A DNA stretch of 64,000 nt from Clostridiaceae bacterium (lineage in GTDB: Bacteria > Bacillota > Clostridia > Oscillospirales > Acutalibacteraceae), in the NCBI GenBank assembly GCA_016296885.1, contig JAEDHT010000006.1, positions 150 through 64,149 on the forward strand. Direction: 5' to 3'. This document shows positions 8,752 through 16,152 of this stretch, one piece after another (within the stretch, counting starts at the first letter, position 1; each line of letters opens with the position of its first letter). A model generated the notes under the pieces. The model was not told the DNA's origin. It was given only the letters and a program-made list of their open reading frames with translations, and searched no databases. A program made the translations under genes and the position numbers.

Positions 8752-10282
8752 TGATTTAAACAAAACCACAGATAATTTAAAGAAAACCACGGACAACGAC
8801 GATCCTATACCACATTCTGAAAGGAAAGTAGTCAAAGTCAGGGTAGTAAAAAGAGTGACAAATTCTGAACCATCGCAAAGTCAAGCACGAATTGCAAAAG
8901 CAATGCAATTATCGTCAGATTCGCAAGCTATAGAAGATTATGAAGGTTATGTTTTCGAATCTTCGCATCACCATAGACACGAAAATAGCTCCAGGCACAG
9001 CCTGGGGCACAATTCAGTAAACAGCTTGGAAAACAGCTCAGAGAATAGTCCAGAGAAAAACTCAGGGAACAGAGAGCAAAAATCTGATTCGACTACATTG
9101 CTAAGAGGCAATGTTCAAGGTGCAACGTATGAAGAATCAGCACAGAGAGCCTCTAGTGACTATGATGATTATATATATTATAAAGAGCGCTATGACCTAT
9201 CGAAACGTGGCAAGCACAAACACAGACACAATGATAAAAATGATGATAAAAACGGCAAAGTAAAACACAAGCTTCTTAGGTCTGTTTTGATTATAATGTT
9301 GTCTTTGATAGTACTGGTTGTAGGTTGCTTTTTTTCACTAAGACAAATTGGTAAGGATGCTTTGTTAAAACAAAGTGAAAAAATAGAAACTCCTGATCTT
9401 GGCGGAGAGGTAATCTCTGAAAACAATGGTCGTATCATTAAATATAATGGTCACACCTATGAATATAACGAAAATATTACGAACATACTATTCATAGGGG
9501 TTGATAAAACCGAATTAGGTGTTATTGACGGTGTTGTTGGAAAAGGTGGACAAGCCGACGCAATTTATCTTGCAGCCATAGATATTGAAGAAGGGAGCAT
9601 TACTACCTTTGCTGTGCCTCGTGAAACAATGGCAGATATAGGTGTCTATTCAAGCACAGGCTCGTATTTGGGCATAGAAAACAAACAAATATGTCTGTCG
9701 TATGCATATGGAGATGGAAAAATAGAAAGCTGTGATAATCTTATAAGCTCACTTGAAAAAGTGTTCTTCGGAATAGAAATACAGTCATTTATTGCCATGG
9801 ACCTTATGGGCATCAACGCCATGAACGACAATATCGGAGGCGTGGATGTTACGCTGGACTATGACACCGTAATTAAAGGTTATGAATTTAAGGCAGGGGT
9901 TCCTGTTCACCTTGCAGGTAGTATGGCAGAGGCTTTTGTGAGAACAAGAAGTGCAACAGAGGTAGATGCTAATATCAAGCGTATGGAAAGACAAAAAATT
10001 TACCTTAACGCATACATTGAAAAAGCTGTTAAAATGACAAAAGAGGATATAAAAACACCTTTAAATATTTACAATGCTGCAAGCGATTATTCCATAACCA
10101 GTATAGATGCTGCATCAGTAACATATCTTGCCACACGCCTTATAGACAAAAATATTACTTTCCCAAATATTATGCGTCTGCCGGGCGAGGTAAAAATGGG
10201 AGAAGAATACGCAGAATTCTATGTAAATGAGCGAGAATTCTATGAAATGTTTCTAGAAACATATTACAACCAAATTAATTGA
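8732..10282 (+). CDS. LytR-CpsA-Psr (LCP) family cell-wall polymer ligase with long low-complexity N-terminal extension
   Basis: ILFIGVDKT...GQADAIYLAAID...FAVPRETMADI...AFVRTRS is an LCP signature. One TM segment (LLRSVLIIMLSLIVLVVGCFF). The start overlaps the sortase-2 stop by 20 nt. Confidence 0.8.
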   Translation: MNKLQFNDLNKTTDNLKKTTDNDDPIPHSERKVVKVRVVKRVTNSEPSQSQARIAKAMQLSSDSQAIEDYEGYVFESSHHHRHENSSRHSLGHNSVNSLENSSENSPEKNSGNREQKSDSTTLLRGNVQGATYEESAQRASSDYDDYIYYKERYDLSKRGKHKHRHNDKNDDKNGKVKHKLLRSVLIIMLSLIVLVVGCFFSLRQIGKDALLKQSEKIETPDLGGEVISENNGRIIKYNGHTYEYNENITNILFIGVDKTELGVIDGVVGKGGQADAIYLAAIDIEEGSITTFAVPRETMADIGVYSSTGSYLGIENKQICLSYAYGDGKIESCDNLISSLEKVFFGIEIQSFIAMDLMGINAMNDNIGGVDVTLDYDTVIKGYEFKAGVPVHLAGSMAEAFVRTRSATEVDANIKRMERQKIYLNAYIEKAVKMTKEDIKTPLNIYNAASDYSITSIDAASVTYLATRLIDKNITFPNIMRLPGEVKMGEEYAEFYVNEREFYEMFLETYYNQIN

Positions 10283-10400
10283 TTTATACTATCAATACGG
10301 TCTATTATTGTTGTAAAATTATCAAGTGTTTTGCTTGACTTATTTTAAAAATACGTGTACAATAATGATATATTAAGCATTGAAAGGATTAACTAAAACT

Positions 10401-10715
10401 ATGATGAATGATTTAGAAATGGATTTTATCAGCTTGCTTGACGATGACGGCACTGAATATCAATTTGAAATTCTTGATGTAATAAACGAAGACGGAAGAA
10501 AGTTTTATGCTCTAAGCCCTGTTATTGATGACGAAAATCAGGTTATCGAAGATAGTGGAGAGTATTACATCATGGAGGAAATCATCGAAGAAGGTGATGA
10601 CTCTCCTATGCTGGTTGATCTTGAGGATGAGAAGCTTCTTGATCACCTTGCAGAGATTTTCGAGGCTCATTTCGACGAAATGTTCGAATACGACGAGGAC
10701 GAGTCTGAGGAGTAA
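10401..10715 (+). CDS. DUF1292 family protein (YrzB-like)
   Basis: Small acidic protein: MMNDLEMDFISLLDDDGTEYQFEILDVINEDGRKFYAL...EEI..D. This is the typical DUF1292 pattern. Confidence 0.7.
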   Translation: MMNDLEMDFISLLDDDGTEYQFEILDVINEDGRKFYALSPVIDDENQVIEDSGEYYIMEEIIEEGDDSPMLVDLEDEKLLDHLAEIFEAHFDEMFEYDEDESEE

Positions 10716-10726
10716 TTTTGTTCTCT

Positions 10727-10975
10727 TTCTGCCCGATTCGCTTATTGCATTGATATAACCCTACAACTTATTTATAGGGAGCCGGACTCCTGAGATTGTG
10801 TGCAGACCTCCCGATTTTTCGGAAGAAGGGAGCCTGAGGTCAAGGGGAGGCACCCACCTGTCGATTTAGTAGGCAGGTTGTAAAAAATGCGCTACGGTCG
10901 GGCGGAATAAACATACTTTCCAAAACAAAAAGCCTTACACAGCGCTCGGAAATATCCGGGCGTTTTTCTATAAAT
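10727..10975 (+). ncRNA. candidate structured leader or small RNA with intrinsic terminator (class unresolved)
   Basis: A GC-rich island in AT-rich intergenic DNA. Closing helix CTGCCCGA (10729-10736) / TCGGGCGG (10898-10905). Nested hairpins at 10759-10779, 10805-10841 and 10856-10878. Terminator stem 10943-10962 plus T5, ending 20-30 nt before the next start codon. Confidence 0.35.
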
Positions 10976-10996
10976 TATATAAATGGGATGATAAAA

Positions 10997-13213
10997 ATGA
11001 ACAAATTAAGAAAAATCATTGCAATAGCTCTTGTTGCATCTGTGTTAGGAACAGCCGGTGTGTCTGCATCTGCTACTTCTTTTGAAGCAGGCGAAACATC
11101 ACACGCTGTAGTAAGCATTAAGAACAGTGATGCAGAAGTCAAGACAAAAACTATTGCTACAGAAAGCAACGAAGTTATCATCAGCGAAGACTCAATAACA
11201 ATCGATGGCGAAAAAGACGAAAATGACTATGATATATACATATTAAAAGGTGAATATAGCTCAGCCCTAAAGATTGTTATTGATAGTGAAACAAAGAGAG
11301 ATATAAACATTCAGCTTGAAGAATTTACTGTAGATAAAACAAACGAAGAAGCTTTGATTTCATCAGATGCATCTTGCAACATCAATATATCTCTTGCAGG
11401 CAGTGATAAAAGCACAATTAAATCATCAGCAGAAAAAGTAACAGCCTTAATCTCTGCTCCAAACGCAGCGCTCAATATACAGCCAGATATATATAGAGGT
11501 CACAATTCTACCCTCAGTGTAATCTCCACATCAGAAACAGCAGACGAAAACACCTCTGTAGGATGTATCACTGTTAAAAAACTGACATTTGTAGCAGGTG
11601 CAAAAGTAAATTTTGAGAGCAAAGCAGCTGCTGCCATAGTATCTGAAGCAGTTACTGTCAATCCAAATGTAGAAATAAATCTGGATGTAGCTTGTAGCAG
11701 AAAGATTTTCACAAACGACTATAAACAGCAAGGTGGTAAGGTTTCCTTTGGCGAAGAGAATACCGGATCACTCTTCTATCTTAACTATATAAAAGAAACA
11801 AACCACTTTGCAAATTTTAGAGTAATCAGTGGCTCTCTCACAGGCGTTACAGATGGCTATTGCGTTGAGGGCGATGTAGTAAATCAAGCATCAATTATTG
11901 GCGGAACAATACGCTTAGAGTCTAGCTCAAAACCGGTATTCTACGCTAGAAGAAAGTTTCAGGATTTCTTTATCAACGGCGGAAATGTTGAGCTGTTAAC
12001 ATCTGCAGCTCACGCAGTAGAATGTAATACAACTGAGTTTATAAAGTTCAGTAACGAATACGCTGTTATACTTAACGACGGTAATACACACATCACCTGC
12101 TCACAATATCCATTCGCAAGGAAGAATGACGACGGAGAGTTTGAGAGAATGGACGTATACAATCTTTTAAACCAAAAGGTATATCAGCATCACATAGATT
12201 TAGAGAGTGCACAAGGACATAATCTTGCTGAGTTGCTCGAAAAGAACAGTAACGATTTAGGTAGAGTTCTCTATAATGATGTACTTGTAAGCACAAACAA
12301 AAAATTTGTGCTTGAACTTGATGACCTCTATCTTTGGCTTAGTGAGCCACAAGAGGGCGACAACGGTGCACTTATATTCACTAATATTGGATTGACCTTT
12401 AAACACGTTGGAAAGTTTTCTGATTATTTGGAAAATATAGACACCGTTCCCGCTGAAATGGCATATGACAACTCATCATTGTTTGTATTTTTTGATAAAA
12501 GAAACGGCATAAATGGAACTGATAGCGTAACACAAATTACCGACTACAAGCTTCCTGCTAAAATAGATGTGCCTGAAAAAGACGAAATATATGATGATAA
12601 ATTCTTGGGTTACTATGATTCTACCGACTGGACAAAGAAGTATTATGATGAAAATGGTAATCTTGTAGCTGATGCAGATATCAGAGAAAATACATTTTTA
12701 GTTGCACAGTGGCAAACTGATGTTAAGGTTGAGGCCGATCATATGGATGTCCACTTTGTTCTCAATGGTGGCACTTGCGACTTCCATAGCAACTTTATGG
12801 ACAATGATTTTGACTCTAATATACCACTTAGAGAAGATTTCGTAATTCCTGATGCCGTAAAAGAAGGCAAAACATTCCTCGGATGGTATCTTACACCTGA
12901 TGGCAGTGGCGAAAGAATTTTAAATTCTGCTATGCTAATTGACTTGCTCGGCACAGAGAATGTTACATTGTATGCTATTTGGGAGGGCGAAACCTCCACT
13001 AACGCAAAATATGGCGACGCCAACTGTGATGGCGATATAAATATGCAAGATGTAACCACAATTCAGAAAGTTATCGCAGAGCTTATTACTCCGGAAAAGG
13101 CCGGAGATAATTATGCTATAAATTCTGATGTTACACATGATGACAAAACAACAATGGAAGATGTTGTTCTCATTCAGAAATATTTGGCTAAGCTTGTTGA
13201 TAGCCTTGATTGA
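10997..13213 (+). CDS. secreted protein of unknown function with Listeria-Bacteroides repeat and C-terminal dockerin
   Basis: Signal peptide MNKLRKIIAIALVASVLGTAGVSASA (alternative start at 10988). VHFVLNGGT...GKTFLGWY...TLYAIW repeat. Dockerin duplicated EF-hand-like tail GDANCDGDINMQDVTTIQ...DVTHDDKTTMEDVVLIQKYL. Confidence 0.8.
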   Translation: MNKLRKIIAIALVASVLGTAGVSASATSFEAGETSHAVVSIKNSDAEVKTKTIATESNEVIISEDSITIDGEKDENDYDIYILKGEYSSALKIVIDSETKRDINIQLEEFTVDKTNEEALISSDASCNINISLAGSDKSTIKSSAEKVTALISAPNAALNIQPDIYRGHNSTLSVISTSETADENTSVGCITVKKLTFVAGAKVNFESKAAAAIVSEAVTVNPNVEINLDVACSRKIFTNDYKQQGGKVSFGEENTGSLFYLNYIKETNHFANFRVISGSLTGVTDGYCVEGDVVNQASIIGGTIRLESSSKPVFYARRKFQDFFINGGNVELLTSAAHAVECNTTEFIKFSNEYAVILNDGNTHITCSQYPFARKNDDGEFERMDVYNLLNQKVYQHHIDLESAQGHNLAELLEKNSNDLGRVLYNDVLVSTNKKFVLELDDLYLWLSEPQEGDNGALIFTNIGLTFKHVGKFSDYLENIDTVPAEMAYDNSSLFVFFDKRNGINGTDSVTQITDYKLPAKIDVPEKDEIYDDKFLGYYDSTDWTKKYYDENGNLVADADIRENTFLVAQWQTDVKVEADHMDVHFVLNGGTCDFHSNFMDNDFDSNIPLREDFVIPDAVKEGKTFLGWYLTPDGSGERILNSAMLIDLLGTENVTLYAIWEGETSTNAKYGDANCDGDINMQDVTTIQKVIAELITPEKAGDNYAINSDVTHDDKTTMEDVVLIQKYLAKLVDSLD

Positions 13214-13259
13214 TAGTCACAATATTTGAAAAAAAACATAATGAAAGGAATTGATTACT

Positions 13260-13694
13260 ATGTTTAAGAAATTTGGAATTGTTATTTTTTCTGTTTTGAT
13301 CGCAACTTCACTGCTCGCAGGATGTGGTGATAAAGACGACAAAGATGTAAACAGCAATGTATCCTCCGGAACAACAAGTGAGGTAAGCTCTGATAGTTCA
13401 GCTCCTGATATAAACACAGACACTATCGAAATCGGCGGTGGTGATGACAAGGTTCTCATCCCTGATATTGTCGTTACACCGGGAGTAGAAGATAGCACAG
13501 AATCAAAGTCTGATGCTCCTTCTTCAGGAGATTCCGGAAACTCAGATACTTCATCAAAGAGCACCTCTTCCACAAGCTCAAAGGGCTCTGATAGCTCATC
13601 AAGCAAAGCTTCATCAAATTCTGAATCTGATTCAGAGTACTATGATGATTGGGAAGGCGACAATGTTATAGATTTCTCTGAGCTTTTAGGATAA
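13260..13694 (+). CDS. Ser/Asp-rich lipoprotein
   Basis: MFKKFGIVIFSVLIATSLLAGC lipobox, then a low-complexity S/D/T-rich body. AAAGGA RBS 10 nt upstream of the ATG at 13260. Confidence 0.7.
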   Translation: MFKKFGIVIFSVLIATSLLAGCGDKDDKDVNSNVSSGTTSEVSSDSSAPDINTDTIEIGGGDDKVLIPDIVVTPGVEDSTESKSDAPSSGDSGNSDTSSKSTSSTSSKGSDSSSSKASSNSESDSEYYDDWEGDNVIDFSELLG

Positions 13695-13713
13695 TCGAAT
13701 TGAGGTACACACT

Positions 13714-14418
13714 GTGGGCATATATAAAATAGCGGATTTGTATATTGATATCGACCCAAAATATGAATATACTAAAGAAAGATTAAAAGACTATATTTCT
13801 AATGATGAGGTCGCACCGGATTTTTCGGTGCGACTCACCAGGGATTTGATTTTGCAAGAAGTTTCTTATGCTCCGGGGCTTCCGGAGTCATGCTATGAAA
13901 GCACAGCAATCTATAGGCAGATTTGTCTTAAAATACTTGAAAAATACAATGGTTTCTTTTTCCATTGCTCTGCCCTCTCGGTAGATAATCAAGCGTATTT
14001 GTTTACAGCACAAAGTGGCACCGGCAAATCTACACATACACGTATGTGGCGTGAGGTTTTTGGTGATAAGGTCGTTATGATTAACGATGACAAACCACTT
14101 GTTCGCCTTATAGATGGAAAATTCTATGTATATGGTACTCCATGGGATGGAAAACACGCTATTAGCAACAACATAAAAGTGCCTCTTAAGGCTATTTGCT
14201 TTTTGCATCGTGGCGAGGAAAATAAAATCTCTAAGGTGGTTGGAATAGACCATTTGCATGATATTCTAAATCAAACTATTATGCCAAAGAGTTCTACTTC
14301 TATGATAAATCTGCTTGACATCTTGGAAAAAATGCTCACCGATATTCCTACCTATGAGTTATACTGCAACATTTCACAGGAAGCAGCAAAAGTTTCATAT
14401 AAGGGTATGATTGAATAA
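13714..14418 (+). CDS. HPr-kinase-C-like P-loop protein (HprK-related, RiPP-cluster type)
   Basis: FFHCSALSVDNQAYLFTAQSGTGKSTHT...INDD...YGTPWDGKH resembles the HprK-like kinases and ATP-binding proteins found next to PqqD proteins. GTG start after a GAGG RBS. Confidence 0.55.
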   Translation: MGIYKIADLYIDIDPKYEYTKERLKDYISNDEVAPDFSVRLTRDLILQEVSYAPGLPESCYESTAIYRQICLKILEKYNGFFFHCSALSVDNQAYLFTAQSGTGKSTHTRMWREVFGDKVVMINDDKPLVRLIDGKFYVYGTPWDGKHAISNNIKVPLKAICFLHRGEENKISKVVGIDHLHDILNQTIMPKSSTSMINLLDILEKMLTDIPTYELYCNISQEAAKVSYKGMIE

Positions 14419-14436
14419 ACGAAAGGACTGATAAAA

Positions 14437-14706
14437 GTGATAAAGTCTAAAGAAGGACTTCTCGTAAGAAAATTTGGGGACAAATACGTAATCGTGGCTA
14501 TTGACGATATGGCAGATGAGTTTCATAGCCTTATAACATTGAATGACACAGGTCTCTTTATTTGGAAGCTTATCGAGAAAGGTACCGATGCTGATAAAAT
14601 TTTGGAAAATATTCTTTCTACATATGATATTGATGAGGAAACAGCAAAAGCCGATATACAAAACTTTATTGAAAGTGCAAGAAAAGCAGGTATATTAGAT
14701 GAGTGA
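14437..14706 (+). CDS. PqqD family protein (RiPP recognition element-like)
   Basis: 89 aa. The pattern LLVRKFGDKYVIVA...SLITLNDTGLFIWKLIEKGTDADKILENILSTYDIDEETAKADIQNFIESARKAGIL is typical of PqqD. Confidence 0.7.
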   Translation: MIKSKEGLLVRKFGDKYVIVAIDDMADEFHSLITLNDTGLFIWKLIEKGTDADKILENILSTYDIDEETAKADIQNFIESARKAGILDE

Positions 14707-15160
14707 TCTGCTATGCATAAAGGATATAATTGAACGTGACGGTGAGTACATCGGAACACCGCATGGTGATAGTATGTGGCCTTTGTTGCATAATAAACGT
14801 GACACTATACACGTTGTAAAAAAGACAGATAAGCTAAACAAACATGATGTAGCATTATACATACGCAAAAATGGCCAATATGTGCTTCATCGCATAATGA
14901 AAATTGAAAATAACAGCTACACCATGTGTGGCGATAGTCAATATGTTTTGGAGAAGGGCATACAGGAAGATCAGATTATCGGGGTTTTAAAAAGCTTTTA
15001 TAGAAATGACAGATATTGTGACACAAATAAAATACGTTACAAAATTTACGTCTTTATATGGTGTCTTTCCCCAAAGGTCAGAAGATTTCTAATGCACTTT
15101 GTTGCATATGCAGAAAACAAAAAGAACAAGATTAAAGCAAAAGGAAAAGCCAAACGATGA
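14699..15160 (+). CDS. S24/S26 family serine peptidase-like protein
   Basis: GDSMWPLL motif followed by the ...HDVALYIRKNGQYVLHRI... core. The start overlaps the PqqD stop (ATGAGTGA). Confidence 0.6.
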   Translation: MSDLLCIKDIIERDGEYIGTPHGDSMWPLLHNKRDTIHVVKKTDKLNKHDVALYIRKNGQYVLHRIMKIENNSYTMCGDSQYVLEKGIQEDQIIGVLKSFYRNDRYCDTNKIRYKIYVFIWCLSPKVRRFLMHFVAYAENKKNKIKAKGKAKR

Positions 15161-15537
15161 AGAAATGTGACTATTGTGGCAAACAAATATCATATAGTGA
15201 ACAATATTGCTGTGATGAATGTAGCCAGAAAGCATTGAAATATTATCACTTTGAAAGAAAATATAAAAATATTTTTGGTTTTTTCAATATTATCTGTGCG
15301 ATATCCGTTATGGCTGCTTGCTTCCTATCTCTGCTCTTGTCTGCTAAAATTGGATATATAGTATCAGGAGCAGCTCTCACGCTTTTGGGAGCGGCTGTGG
15401 TTGCTTTTCCAATGCCTACTCTAAATCAGATAAAAAAGCAAAAAATTCAAAAAGCGGTGTTTTCTACCAGAATTATTGGTGGGATAATTTCCTTTTCAGG
15501 TATTTGTTTGTTAATTGTAGGCTTGTTTGTCGTTTAA
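15157..15537 (+). CDS. zinc-ribbon N-terminus + 3-4 TM membrane protein
   Basis: CDYCGKQI...CCDEC N-terminal Cys4, then hydrophobic segments. ATGA start/stop overlap with the peptidase gene. Confidence 0.6.
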   Translation: MKKCDYCGKQISYSEQYCCDECSQKALKYYHFERKYKNIFGFFNIICAISVMAACFLSLLLSAKIGYIVSGAALTLLGAAVVAFPMPTLNQIKKQKIQKAVFSTRIIGGIISFSGICLLIVGLFVV

Positions 15538-15599
15538 ATGAATAATTGATCTCCTTTTTGTCAATGATAAGATTGAAAAAACAAAAAGGAGGTTTTTTT

Positions 15600-15830
15600 A
15601 TGCTTGATAAATTAGCACTTACATTATTGATCATCGGTGGTATCAACTGGGGATCAGTAGGTATATTTCAATTTGACCTTGTAGCATGGATATGCGGTGG
15701 TCAAACAGGCATTGTAAGCAGAATAATCTACACTCTTGTTGGATTATCTGCTATCTGGTGTATTTCTCTTTTATTTAGAGATACAAGCGATGAACATGTC
15801 GATCGACTTGAAACAGGAAGCACAATGTAA
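15600..15830 (+). CDS. DUF378 family membrane protein
   Basis: LLIIGGINWGSVGIFQFDLVAWICGG...IIYTLVGLSAIW is the DUF378 signature. AAGGAGG RBS 7 nt upstream of the ATG at 15600. Confidence 0.7.
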   Translation: MLDKLALTLLIIGGINWGSVGIFQFDLVAWICGGQTGIVSRIIYTLVGLSAIWCISLLFRDTSDEHVDRLETGSTM

Positions 15831-15864
15831 ACTATTTGCAATTAATTTTTCCTAATAATTAAAA

Positions 15865-15909
15865 GAACGCTCTGTGATAAAATTTGTGTCACAGAGTGTT
15901 CCTCTTTTT
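15865..15909 (+). terminator. rho-independent terminator
   Basis: 13-bp stem GAACGCTCTGTGA (15865-15877) / TCACAGAGTGTTC (15889-15901) with one G-T pair, followed by CTCTTTTT. Confidence 0.75.
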
Positions 15910-16152
15910 GCAGTGAATATTCTTACTCTGCCATTCATATGCTATTAAGGTGTATTAATGAAATAGACTTGTAGCAAATTTTAAGGAAAAAATATCTAAT
16001 ATATTATAAATATACATTAACATTTTCACCGAAATTAAGAATTATTTTATTAACAATTCCGTATTTTTGAAAAAATACTATTTTGTCTTTACATGGCAAT
16101 TTTATTGGTGTATTATATATTTATTATATTGTTAAACTGAGAGGCGATATAC

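Noticed and set aside
10716-10975. SRP (4.5S/scRNA) or 6S RNA identity for the structured intergenic RNA
   Set aside because: A UUC-GGAA-GAA tetraloop hairpin and GGAAGAAGGGAGCC superficially resemble SRP domain IV, but the conserved symmetric-loop nucleotides (AGGUCAGGUCC...GGAAGCAGCC) are absent. 6S RNA cannot be excluded, but the position directly upstream of a gene with a terminator favours a cis-acting leader. The class is left unresolved rather than named.
13217-13606. Minus-strand 129-aa ORF
   Set aside because: It is antisense to the Ser-rich lipoprotein gene. Its Glu/Ser-rich translation is the mirror image of low-complexity coding sequence, and it has no RBS.
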